Source: Monocercomonoides exilis PA203 (taxonomy: Eukaryota > Protista > Preaxostyla). Taken from it: a stretch of DNA of 64,000 bases. Under the pieces are notes generated by a model. The model was not told where the DNA came from. It ran no database searches and saw only the letters and a list, made by a program, of their open reading frames with translations. The stretch spans positions 496,001 to 560,000 of the forward strand of contig LSRY02000018.1 of NCBI GenBank assembly GCA_001643675.2, read 5' to 3'. Below, one piece after another: positions 1-12,243 of the stretch (position 1 is its first letter; each line of letters starts with the position of its first letter). Both the position numbers and the translations under genes were made by a program.

Positions 1-365
1 TGATGCAATGTTAAAAAACAAATGAAACAGGGGAAAATATCTTGTTTTTGATGGCATTTTAGAGCTTTTGCTATAATAAAGGGGATTTGACATTTTTGGC
101 AAAATCACCATAAAAATAGTACACTTTGCAATTGACTGTGCATTTGAATGATCTTGTAACCTTCTCAAAGTTATGCTTCATACAGTTTAACAAGTTTTAT
201 TTCAGAAATTTTCATTTTAAATACAGCAGTGCAAAGAAGGTGTTCAAAAATTTTCCTGTTGGTCACAATTCAGTATTTGTCCCACGAGCATAGGACAAAG
301 GTCAATTATTGAAAGTGAAAACATCAATTTGAAAGCGGAAACACGAGAGAGAAGGATTTTTTCTA

Positions 366-2763
366 GGCATAGGTCTAAATTGTACCAGTAGTGAATTTGA
401 CCTTTTTTTGTGAATTTTCGAAATATTATTGATTGTTATAATTAATTAACACTGTGTGATTGAAAAATTTTCAAAAATGTTTGAGTTAATAATTAAATCT
501 AAAATATTGAACAATCCCATAAAAACATTTGTTAATTTTGTATTTTGTATTTTGTGAACGAATAAGAGCTGTATTTTGATTATTTTCTTTATTCATAGTT
601 TTGTTGTATTTTTTTTTTCATTTCATGCTCTTTTTCAAAAAGAACAAATCAGAATGATGTTGTTGATTTTCATTAATAATTCAAATTGCAAAATTTGAAA
701 CGAATGGATTGAGTAATATTCAAAATATAACAACTGCTTTAATAAAGTTTTTATCTGTGTTCAGAAAAATATATCCACAAAAATTCAAAATCTCTGTCTT
801 TCGAAATTGATGTTCCAATACAAATTTCGCTTGCTAAATCCTTCAACTCAATCTCTATCCCCTCTCCATTTCCGCTCTTTCATCCACATTCCTCCATCGT
901 TGTATTCCATGCCACAAATGTCTCTCCTCCCTTCACGCTCTTTGCCATTATCACGCCCTCACCTGTTGTCCGATTCACATTTCGAATTGTCACATTTGCA
1001 AGAATGCTTTCTCCTGATGGAGATCCCGCTGATGATGGTTCAGGGAAAAGAGTCTGTGATATTTTCATATTTTCAATCTCCACATCAATCATCTCTAATT
1101 GCTTCAGTGCCACTTCAAACACAGATGACGAGATTCCACTCCATCCTGATGTTGAAGAATTGATCAAAACATCCTCCAGCGAAAGATTCCCGCTCCCCAC
1201 TGACACCACAAACACACTCGGTGATGGACTTCTTATCGAGTTGTGATCGATCCCCACATACCCCACCTCCAGTTGACCAGAAGATATGCTAAACAGCGCT
1301 GTCGAAGTCGAAGAAAGCGCACTCGTTCCAATCACACTCGCTGCTTTCCCTTTCCCAATGACTGAAATCTTCTTTTCTCCAATTGCAATGGTTGCTGTTT
1401 CACTTTGATGATCCCCTTCCATCAGCGTGATTGTCAAACTAATTTGTGTCTCACACATCTCAAACGCCTTCTTCACTGTCAGACACGGATTTGATTCATT
1501 TGCCCCACAAAGCGGAGATGAATCATTCCCACTCACCGAGACATATATCGTCTTGTCTTTCAGCCAATCCATTTTCATTGTTTGATCATATGTCCAAACA
1601 CTTGCATTTGCATAATTGTATGCAAAGCACACTCTCTGATCATCTGTGTATGTGGTGGAGCATTCATGAGATGGAGTTCCTGAATCCAAATACAGATTGT
1701 ATGTATCGGCATGTTCGACGTCATGCCCGCGTGGTTTATTTGCATCCCTGCAGCTGCATTCGTGAAAAAATAAGAAGAAGCAATATAGTTTATTGTCAGA
1801 TGTTGTTGCTCGATTTGGCTGCAAAAATAATCCTCCTCCATTTGCAGATGCTGAACATGAAATAAACTGAATGTTCCTCATTTTGAATGCTGCAGGAACA
1901 GTTCTGCAATACATTCCTCCGCCCCAAGTCGATGTTAGTGAACATGAAGTGAAATTGCATTCAAACACACACGAACTACCTCCTTCTCCATCTTCTTCCC
2001 CAATGCATCCCGATCCATACACGCCAAAACTGTCCAATCTCAACACTCCACCATCGTAACTTGGTTTGTAATTCTGGAAGTCGTTTCCACTTATCAGAGC
2101 ACACGTTGAAATCAAACAAGAATACATTCCTCCTTTATAATAAATTTGAGCTGAGCATGAATTGAAAACGTTATTCTCAATATGAATTGAACCGATCGAA
2201 TAGCACATGATTGCTCCTCCGTCATAATATGCAGTGCAGTCGTTGAATGAACAATGGGAAATAGAAAGAATTCCATTTGCCAAATTATTCATGCATTTTG
2301 CCCCTCCACTCGATATCCCATCAATGTACGAGTCGCTTTCTCCTGTTATCTTCGATCCATTCCATTCACACATAATAAATGAATTTTCTTAACTTAGAGA
2401 TCCTCTCTCTTTTGAAAAACTTCCAATTGTCATATATGCATTATTCTTCGAACATATTTTGATCATAACTTATGAAAAACACATTAAAGAAAATAAATGA
2501 AAGAAACATAAAGTATTTAATTTAATGTGAATATAAACTTAGTTGTTAGCAACAAAACTGTTACTAAACGTTCACAAAATACAAAATTCAAAATTAACAA
2601 ATGTTTTTATGGGATTGTTCAATATTTTAGATTTAATTATTAACTCAAACATTTTTGAAAATTTTTTAATCACACAGTGTTAATTAATTATAACAATCAA
2701 TAATATTTCGAAAATTCACAAAAAAAGGTCAAATTCACTACTGGTACAATTTAGACCTATGCC
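366..2763. mobile_element. Non-autonomous TIR element (Pack-type) with ~195-bp TIRs carrying a surface-protein gene fragment
   Basis: 366-560 (GGCATAGGTCTAAATTGTACCAG...TTTGTGAACG) is a near-perfect reverse complement of 2569-2763 (...TTAGACCTATGCC). No TSD (left TTTTTCTA, right AAACAAAA). No transposase recognisable inside. Confidence 0.85.
810..2390 (-). pseudogene. Internal fragment of the large Cys-rich beta-helix surface-protein family (paralog of 25538-33724)
   Basis: ORF 880-2373 aligns by eye to the large protein from CEW.GS..TG to WNTT.E.C. Homology continues past an in-frame TGA (ECG*KSGNGEGIEIEL vs GCECANGNGGGIKVEL). No signal peptide, TM helix or kinase part. Confidence 0.85.
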
Positions 2764-3599
2764 AAACAAAATTATGAATCAAGAAATCTGATTAAAGAGG
2801 CAAATGCTTCTTATTTTTCTTATTGTGTTTTTTTATTCTGAAATGGTATTCCTGTTGAAAAGAACAATTATGAAATAACTACAAGAATAGCAACTATTTT
2901 TTTATCATATCAATGATGTCAAGAAACAATTATTTCAAATGATTCGAAAGAAATAACTTTTATTTATGAATACGCTTCATCTAATTGAAACCTGTGTTTT
3001 GATTACAAACAATTTTGATGCAAAATGCTTTCAATCCTGCGTTGAGCAAAAGATTTCTTAAAGAAACGGTGATAGCAACAATGTATTGGAAAAGAAAGCT
3101 AAAACAAAAGAAAGATATTCAAATGAAAAAAAGAAAAATGAAGCTAGAAAAATCAGTTCGAGATAAAGTTTTATTGAATTGAGATAATGATAAAAATATA
3201 AGTTTAATTGAGAAAGGTTTTCTGACAAATTGTTCTGAATCAGAAATCGAGCTAAGAGAAACGCAAGGAGATGAAGTGGAGAATATAAAGCAACTTTCAA
3301 TCAAATATCAAAAAAGTGAAATGAAATAGAAATTAGGGCAAGTTCCAAGAACATGGACCATCGATAAAAAAATATTTTTGTATTTATAACGAAACAAAAT
3401 GAAATATTAATTTATTTAAAATTAATTATTTTTGTCGAAAAAGTGTTTTTTCAACTTTCCATTTTTCTTTTGATCTGTCCCATAACATTTTCTTGTTTTT
3501 AACAGGTTTAAAATATTTGTTTATTTTACGAAATAAACCATCTTTGAACTTATATGTTGTTATAATATAATTAGAATCGATCATACTTATTATTGCTCA

Positions 3600-4042
3600 T
3601 TCTATGGAAGCGAGTATCTGTTCTGCTTGAAAATTGCTCTATTCAGATACGTCGAGCAGCTTTGGTTAATAGCAGAGAAATATGCAACAGTCGCATTTAT
3701 TCCTTGAGAAACGCAACAGAAAGGAGAGTTGTGAAACCTGATGGCTTGTTGAAATGAATAGTTGTTGGTGCTGTTTTGAATGAGATTCATAAATCAACAT
3801 TAAATGAAAGAATGATTTATAATGGCTTACTAAGCTTTTTGAATGTTTCGGAATGACAGAAAAAAAGGCAGAAGAATAAAATGAAGAAGAGCAAAGAAAA
3901 GTTTTGAAAAAGAAAAGTGTTTGATAAGATGGAAGAAGAAGAATATGATGATAGTGTTATTTGGCTAGGCCATTATTTCGATCACTTTTAATTTGACAAT
4001 TTTAGTTTGTTTGAGTATCATTCAGATCATTTTGAACATTAA
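3600..4042 (+). pseudogene. Captured C-terminal fragment of the lineage-specific family represented at 55683-57154
   Basis: Reads ...VLNEIHKSTLNERMIYNGLLSFLNVSE*...KRKVFDKMEEEEYDD, matching VLEEMRQSTMEDNLTNGCLRFLL...KRYEFERMEEEGYED. Contains several stops. Confidence 0.7.
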
Positions 4043-4479
4043 TAATTGATCTGCAAAAACATTCACTTCGTCTTTTTGAATTTTCTTATTTTTAATTTTT
4101 TGTTTTTAACGCTCATTCACAAAAGAAAATAAATGGAATTATGACTTATAAAGTGAATGAAAGTGTTTGCTCAAGAGATATCAAAAATTTTCTAGGAAAA
4201 TGAACATTTATTAAGATGAATATTATTTGAAATTAAAAGTATATATGATAGATAAAAAAAAATAAAGCCAGTTTTAATTTTCTACACGTGTTGCGAAAAG
4301 AAAAAAATTTCACTTTAGTTAAAAAAATCTAATGAACAAAAAACCAATAAAATAAATAACTTCTGGGCTTTTAAATCTGAAATTGGCAATACAAAATTAT
4401 AGTGGATATCAAAAACAGGTTCGTTATTTTGTAATTCTTTTTATTATTGGGTTTCAAAGCTGAAATTCATTTCAAATTT

Positions 4480-4934
4480 TCAAGTGTTCACAAAATTATC
4501 ACAAATATCCAATAAAAATTCATCGTCAAAAAAATATTTTTCCTTTTGAAAATCATATTTTTCTTGAAAACTTAGAATAACATCTTCATATTCTTCTTCT
4601 TCCATCTTATCAAACACTTTTCTTTTTCAAAACTTTTCTTTGCTCTTCTTCATTTTATTCTTCTGCCTTTTTTTCTGTCATTCCGAAACATTCAAAAAGC
4701 TTAGTAAGCCATTATAAATCATTCTTTCATTTAATGTTGATTTATGAATCTCATTCAAAACAGCACCAACAACTATTCATTTCAACAAGCCATCAGGTTT
4801 CACAACTCTCCTTTCTGTTGCGTTTCTCAAGGAATAAATGCGACTGTTGCATATTTCTCTGCTATTAACCAAAGCTGCTCGACGTATCTGAATAGAGCAA
4901 TTTTCAAGCAGAACAGATACTCGCTTCCATAGAA
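4480..4934 (-). pseudogene. Second captured fragment of the same family, in the right arm, with a different tail
   Basis: Beyond the arm boundary the frame reads YEDVILSFQEKYDFQKEKYFFDDEFLLDICDNFVNT*, compared with YEDCITSL...NISDYFINV* in the intact gene. Confidence 0.7.
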
Positions 4935-7900
4935 TGAGCAATAATAAGTATGATCGATTCTAATTATATTATAACAACATATAAGTTCAAAGATGGTTTA
5001 TTTCGTAAAATAAACAAATATTTTAAACCTGTTAAAAACAAGAAAATGTTATGGGACAGATCAAAAGAAAAATGGAAAGTTGAAAAAACACTTTTTCGAC
5101 AAAAATAATTAATTTTAAATAAATTAATATTTCATTTTGTTTCGTTATAAATACAAAAATATTTTTTTATCGATGGTCCATGTTCTTGGAACTTGCCGAA
5201 ATTAGAAAAATACGATAAAACTTTTGAAAAAATATGCAACATATAAAATTGAGGATAAAACAACAACAAATATTCAGAACCTTGTATATATCAACTGAAT
5301 TTTTAACTTGTTTTTACTCCAATTTTTGTATCGAAACTTTTTAAAAAATAATTGTGATTGTTTCATTCGTGCGCTTGAATTACTTCTTTCTCGTTTGAAA
5401 GTGATCTCCAAATGATACATTTTTCAACCAATTTCTTTTTTGTAATATAATTGCTTGTTCATTTCTGCAGATTGCAGCAGACTTTTTTAGTTCCTAATGG
5501 AATGACCGTAAGATGAACTATCTGAGGCTGTTATTTGTCTGACTCCATTGCGGTGTATTAAAAATTTTTGACTTTTTTTCAAACACTCACTTTGATGCTT
5601 TCCTAGGAATAATCACATTTTGAATTGAACGAGCCAACGAAAGAAAATTAGCACTTTTCAGCTAATAAGGTTAGAGATTGTTGCTGAATCCAGGAATGAT
5701 TAGGAATATGCTTGCTCAGCATTTTTGTTGTGAGTTTGTATGTGTAACTGTTTCTGTTGCTCTTGCATCTGATGGGCTTGTGGCATATTGGGAAAAAAAG
5801 CTATCACAGCGTCCGTAATTGGGACAGCCTCGAAGTCGAAAGCATCACACATGGTGAGCATGTGGAGCCTTCAGTGAAGCCACGGATTAAGATCTCTTGT
5901 GGCTGATGAGAGGTGATCTGTCTGCAGGTGTAAGACAGCTGAATTCCTTTGCCAACGGGCAAAAGACGAACCGCAATTTTTTAAAAAAAATTTTTGTCTT
6001 TCTCAGTCATTATTTTCAGCATAAAAATAACTGATTCGCATTAATGAAGCTGAATCAAAGATATAAAATATCACCTCAACATCGCTTTATTGGTAAAAGT
6101 GATAGATTCCTTATTCCAATTCTTCTTAACCTTAATAAGCAGTTATAGTGCCTTCAATCTCAAATACTCCTTTTTGAAACCATACAAGTGCGTAAATGCT
6201 TATCAAAACAGAGGCAAGTTGGTGTATATCTTGTTCTTTTGTAATATTTCGGATGAAGATGAAATTACCATCGATGAAGAGATGAATGAAGTTTCTTTGT
6301 CTGATTACCAGTCGGTGTGAAGGGCAACGCAAATCGGCATATGTTTGAAGAAAGAATGATAAAGTTTCTTAGACAGAACAGCGAAAAGAGCATCCCATTC
6401 ATTTCTTTGAAGGAATGGAGTGCGTTAAACACTCAGAACAGAATCTGGAAAGCTGTCAACATTCTCTCCTTCAGAGTGCATGCCATCATATCTTTTTCTT
6501 ATCCATCCAATGAAGCAACATGTATTACAAATCCCACTGGTTTTCAATCAGCTTCTTGATAAGCAATAAATAAACTCTTGCTTCTATCAGGCTAAACAAT
6601 GAAGATGCTATATGATGAAACGCCTTTAAAAAAAATGATTTGGAAAAATTATCGCTCATTGAAAATTCAAAGAAATTTTCTTTGTTTCCATAATTTTATC
6701 CTATTATCTACTCATTTGATTTGTATCTTAAATTTCAAAATAATTTAATTAGAATTAATTGCGAGTTGTTTGCGAAAAAGAAACAAGAATACCTTGATTG
6801 TTCACTCCACAATTTATCTTTTTTTAATTTCGTCGATTTTGCAGCAATGACTTGTTCCTTCTGGAAAAAGCAGTATTGTTATAATTATTATTAACAAAGA
6901 AAACCGTTGTTTTTATTTATTACTCATGCTTTCAAAAACAATAGAAATATCTTATTTTTATTTTTATATCAAGAAGATTCGCGTGATAAACAAAATTCAA
7001 AAAGCTATATAAAAGGACACATGATAATTATTCTTTCAACGCAAAGTCAGCAATATTTGTCGATGGGCGAGTAAGTCTTTTGATAAATAACTATTTTGAT
7101 CTTTCCTGCATAAATATTTTAAATAGAAAAATATTCGAATTGAATAAATGAATATTCGAATAAAATAAATTATTAAAAATATTCTATGAATTCATAAAAC
7201 TTGAGCAAAGAATAGAATAAACCTGTAATGGCTGAAAAAAAAAACTCGACAAAAAGATATCATCTCGACCGACATAAACGTCCAAAACTTAGCTTGTCGC
7301 AAAGGCCTAAATAAAATACTCATTATGATTTATATAATCATAATAATAATAAATTATAGATTATAAATTTTGAATCAAATTGAAAAAGAAACAGTCTATC
7401 ATCGAAAATAGTTAAAAATAGAATTCGTAAGTTTTTATAGTTTCCTTTTTGATTAGAAAAATTCATCAAAAAATGAGAGAAAATATTGACTTTTAATCTT
7501 TTTTGCACAAAGTATTGAAAAATTGCTTAGTCTCATAATTATATATGGGTGATCTTTTTTGATATCATAAAAAAGATCAAATTTAAAAAAAGGAATAAAA
7601 TTATGGTATTTGTGAAAAATTGATTTTTTCACATAATAGAAATTTATAATTATACAATTAGTCATTTATTTTTATTCCTTCTTGATTTCAGCCTTTTCAT
7701 TTTTTGAATCAAAAATTTGATACATAAGTGCATTTTTTTTTTTAAAAATTATCAGTTAATTCATAAAAATAATAACGTGAATGAAATTTCAAATTGATAA
7801 CATGGCAACCATGAGCATATTTCAAGAATGATAAACATTTAAGAAAATTGATTTATTGGTTTGAGTCTTTTTTGTAATGGATTCAATGATCATCAGATTT

Positions 7901-9417
7901 GAAAAAACGGAATGTTCCATTCACAGAATGAGAAATCCGTGAGGGGGCATGACCTGTAGAACTAGAAATATTATTTCCTGTGTGACAACAGACAATGGTG
8001 GTTATGCAATATTATTGGAATTCTGCCTGATGATTATTGGAGATTGGATGGCCAAGGGGAATGCAACAATTTCATCAATAACACAAAAAGACATAATGTA
8101 TGTAATTTATATTGTTCAATTGATTGTGAAGATATTTCCATCTGTATCCTCTCCAAAGTGCAGGAATGTGAGTTATTGTTGAAATGGCCAATCTCCGCTT
8201 TGTGGAGCAATACGATGAGAACGGAGCAGATTATTGTATAGGCATTGGGAAATAAATGTAGTTACGGAAGATACATGATTTTTATTTGGAACAAGAGGTG
8301 AAAGCAAATTCGACCGATGTTTTATTGAATGAAGATTTATGGATGGAATTCTGTGAAGGACAAAACCTGCACAAAATTATATAGCATTTTGGAATGTTAG
8401 GCAGATGGAATAGTTTAGGGTATTTTTTGGGGCAAGGAAAGTGGCTGGCAATATCGAGGGAAGGATATTAATCATAAATAAAAAAGACAAGAATTCAATG
8501 GAAAAAAGGAGAACCCCAAAATATCTATTTTATTTATAAGGTTTTACTGTTTCTCAGACTGTGCCAGGCAGGCATGGAAAGCGACGAACTTCTGTTTTTG
8601 TTTCCACTTTTGCTTCAAAAGAGTGGAGAAACGCCAGCTACGAGACATCCAATTATAGAATATTTGTTGGCAGTCGAAGGGCATTCAGGCCAGCCACATC
8701 TGGATTTCATTCTTCGAAGGGACAGCCATTTTGAGCAAGCAAGGCGATTATCATTCGAAGTTTGCTTTCTTCGATGCCACAGGCAACTACAGAAAAATAC
8801 AGAATATTTGTGTCAACCTCTTCAAGCACAGATATCCAGAGATTTTATTGTTATGTTCCATTTGCGTAGTATCGATGTGGAGTTAATTTGTGGGAACTTT
8901 CTTGCTTCATTTTTTGTTTGATGAAGCGTTTGTAGAACTCAGGCAAGAAGGCCATGATTTCTCAGACAAACATTGAGACTGGACAATTTCTCTGAGGACT
9001 GCATAATTTATTTATTTATTTCTGATTGTAATGCTGTTGGTATGCGTTTATCTTGTGTTGCGGCTTCAATTTGAAAAGGTTTTTTTTTTTAAATGGGGAA
9101 TTCTTCAGATGCTGCTTTCAACAAAACATATCTTCTGACGCTGATTGAGTTCACTCTATTGCTCGTGTGCCAATAAGAAGAATGAAGTATCATGCATTCC
9201 AGTCATACCAAAATCAAAGACTAAGCCACCTGCTTTGGGAAAGATGCTTATTAGACGTTCATCTGCTCCTTGTTAAGTTCTTCGTTCGTCAAACTCCTCA
9301 TCCTCTTCCTCTTCTTCCTCCTCTTCTTCCTCCTCTTCCTCCTCTTCTGAGATAATACCGAATGCTTTAGAAACGCCTCGTTCCCACCTTCGCCAAAGCA
9401 GCCATCTGAAGCTGTCA

Positions 9418-10770
9418 TTGAACAAGCAATCGACGTCAAATGCAAATGTTTCTGGATTGTCAGAAGGGAAAGAGCAAGAGAGAGGAAGAATGCTCAGCAG
9501 AAGGCAGAGGGAGATGCAGGAGATTGTGCAGAGCAGCAGAAGCCGGTCGAGAAGAAGAAGAAGAGAAAGAAGAGAAAACGAAAGGAACAAGAGGAACATT
9601 AAGAGCTATGACTGCAGAAGGAGGAAAGGCAGAAGAGAGAATAGGAAATATAACAGGAAAGGTGAGGAAGAAGAGAAAGAGGAAGATGAAGATGGCATTG
9701 AAGAAATCATCAACTTCGATGCTGATGAAGTTGAATTCGATGATTTCTTTGAGGAAGAAGAAGAGAAAGAGAGGAGAAAGAAAGAAAATGGCTCAAAAGG
9801 CGAAGGAGCTTCTTTGAAAGAAAAGAGAGACAAAAGGAAGACAAACCAAAAAAATCAAAAGAACAACAAGAAGAAAACAGAGCGAAGATGTTTGAGTGAA
9901 GATTCTTCTTCAGCAAACAGCAATTTCTACAACGAAAGCAACGAAGAGAAAGGCGGAAGCGACAACAGCAAGAGGAGCAAAAACAGAGATTCCGATGAAT
10001 ATGCAGATGAATATGAGGAAGACTTATTCAGCGATGGAGAGGACTCTTCATTGAACTGCTTCGGAGGAGATGTCTGCTCGTTGTGTGATGCAGACGAATT
10101 GAGAAGACTTTCTCTGAATGATCAAGTCTCGAAATCAATGTGGCCGTTTTTTGGATCACCTGGTTTGAAAAACGCTTCAGGATTTGCTTTTCCTGCTTCT
10201 TCTTCTTATTCTCCCTCTTCTTCTTCGCTTGCTCCTTCTTCTCCAACTTCATCCAATATATTTCCTTCTTCTTCTTCTTCTTTCTCGCCTCGCGTTTCAT
10301 TTTTGCCTTCATCTTCGACTTCTCCTTCTTCAGCATTAAATAATCCAATCTATCAACCAAATTACGTTTTGTCTTCTTCTCTTCCTCATTCTTTGCTTAT
10401 TTCCTCTTCTCATCAAGACACAACATCTTCTTTATCCAACACTTATGCTTCAAATCATTCACACAAACGCACAATTTCTATTGCTCCTCTCTTATCAACT
10501 TCATCTTCACCTTCTTCTTCCTCATCCTTCTCTTCTTCTTCTTCTGGTAATCAACTTAGTTCTTTTTCTTCATCCTCCCCCTCTTCATCTCACATTTCAC
10601 CTTCAACGCATCAGAATATTTCATCATCATCATCATCATCATCTTCTTCTTCTTCCTCCTCCTACCCCTCCTCTTCATTTTCGTCTTCTTCTCCTTCTCC
10701 TTCTCCTTCTCCTTCTCCTTCTCCTTCTCCTTCTTCTTCTTCTTCGTCGTCTTCATCACAATTTAGTTAG
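9418..10770 (+). CDS. Low-complexity hypothetical protein (R/E/K-rich, then Ser-rich), probably an exon of a degraded gene spanning ~8.5-12.2 kb
   Basis: 450-aa ORF with no recognisable domain. Flanking sequence is coding-like but interrupted by stops. Confidence 0.35.
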   Translation: MNKQSTSNANVSGLSEGKEQERGRMLSRRQREMQEIVQSSRSRSRRRRRERRENERNKRNIKSYDCRRRKGRRENRKYNRKGEEEEKEEDEDGIEEIINFDADEVEFDDFFEEEEEKERRKKENGSKGEGASLKEKRDKRKTNQKNQKNNKKKTERRCLSEDSSSANSNFYNESNEEKGGSDNSKRSKNRDSDEYADEYEEDLFSDGEDSSLNCFGGDVCSLCDADELRRLSLNDQVSKSMWPFFGSPGLKNASGFAFPASSSYSPSSSSLAPSSPTSSNIFPSSSSSFSPRVSFLPSSSTSPSSALNNPIYQPNYVLSSSLPHSLLISSSHQDTTSSLSNTYASNHSHKRTISIAPLLSTSSSPSSSSSFSSSSSGNQLSSFSSSSPSSSHISPSTHQNISSSSSSSSSSSSSSYPSSSFSSSSPSPSPSPSPSPSPSSSSSSSSSQFS

Positions 10771-12243
10771 CGTTTCCCCCATCGTCTTCATTTCTGTGCT
10801 CTTTTTATTTATTTCTGTGTCGCTGAAACTTTTAAGGGTATTTCTGAGTTCGGCAAATGAGAGGGGAAAGATATCATCAACTTTTATCATCTGCTATTGC
10901 AGTCTCCCCTGCTTGAATATCATTTTTTTACTAGAGAATGAAGCATTTTACTCGATGCATCTATTGGTGTTTGCGCGCAGTGGATGCTGCTTATCAAAAG
11001 AGAGTTTGGATTTGTTTTGGAGGAGACGAGACAGACGAGGAAGATGAGGCATAGGAAGGAGTAGAAAAGCATAAATAGAGACTGTTTTGAAGAGAGATTG
11101 AGGAGAGAGAAGCAGAAACATGAACAAGAGAAGCTTTTTGGTGAAACCGAGGAAATAGTTTGGATTTTTTTTTCCCACTTGATATGGAGGTATTTTGGAG
11201 TCTTGTGAAAGGATTTGAGAGGGAAAGAGAAGAGGGAGAAGGAGGAGATGAAGCAGAAGAGGAAGGGATGGACTGAATAAGCTGGCAGGAGAAGAGAGGA
11301 TTGCGAGATTGTGATAGGGGAAATGAGGGAATAACGGAAGACGTCGAAGAAGATTCTCGATTTGATGAGTTGAAAAAGATTCTGCAAAATTTATGCATAT
11401 TTTGAATGTGTGCAATACCTTTCTTTCTTTTTTTCTTTCTTTTTTCTTTCTTTCTTTCTTTCTTTCTTCGTTTTTTTAATTTTTTGAAACCTCAATTTTA
11501 TTTATTTATTATTTTTTTTTTTCAAATAACAATAAATTTATATTTATATTTATATTTTTCAGGTATTATGATTATCGCTGGGATACTCAATGCGAATGCA
11601 AGTGCATGCATAGCAGAAAGATTGCAGAAGGAGACGAATGAAGGGTATATGGATGAATGAACAAGAGGAAATAAACGAAATTGATAGAAGAGGAGGGAAT
11701 AGATGATCTTTGCAGTGATTTGAAAAGAAGGAGATGTGATAAAAGAAAAATCAGAAAATTGAAGAAATGGTTGAAGAAGATATTTGATTTGAATTTGAGG
11801 AGAAAAAGAGGAAGAGGCGAAAGGTGAAGCGGAAGATTTCAAAAAGAAGATGGTACAGAGTTTTTCATATTTCATATTATATTTTTTATATTTTTAATAT
11901 TTTTAATATTTTTAATGCACATATCTTTTAATTATTTTTTTTTTTTGTATTTTTGTATTTTTATTTTTGTATTATTGAATATCTTTTTAAAAAAATAATA
12001 GGGGCTTTTGCGCGAACATTCAAAAGCAATGAAAGAAAATGGATTTTTGAAAACAAGCAGAAGATTACAACAAAAGGAAAAGGAATACCGGGAAAGTAGA
12101 CTATGAAGAAGGTGCAAAATGCAGGAAAAGGGATACAATCATATTGAGATATTTTGAGACATTGCTCCAAGGGGCATGGGAAAGAGAAGGAGGCGAAGAT
12201 GGAAGTGTTTCGACATGCGAATCTCTTATCTCATCTTCAACAG

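Larger units (their letters stand above)
3337..5197. mobile_element. Foldback/Pack-type TIR element with 612-bp inverted arms and 8-bp TSD (Merlin- or MULE-like, non-autonomous)
   Basis: Arms 3337-3948 and 4586-5197 are reverse complements and both contain the same 62-aa ORF. Ends are GGCAAGTTCC...GGAACTTGCC. Exact TSD GAAATTAG at 3329-3336 and 5198-5205. Confidence 0.93.

Noticed and set aside
5825-5915. Hammerhead ribozyme (CCTC-GAA ... CTGATGA-GAGG)
   Set aside because: No NUH cleavage triplet before stem I, and the GAAA/stem III geometry does not fit.
7058-7274. Weak inverted repeat (TGTCG..CGAG..TCTTTT / AAAAGA..CTCG..CGACA)
   Set aside because: Short, mismatched and without a TSD.
7800-8460. 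Possible Merlin/ISXO2 transposase or kinase relic (LWMEFCEGQNLHKII)
   Set aside because: Too degenerate; only one kinase-like motif and no DDE motifs.
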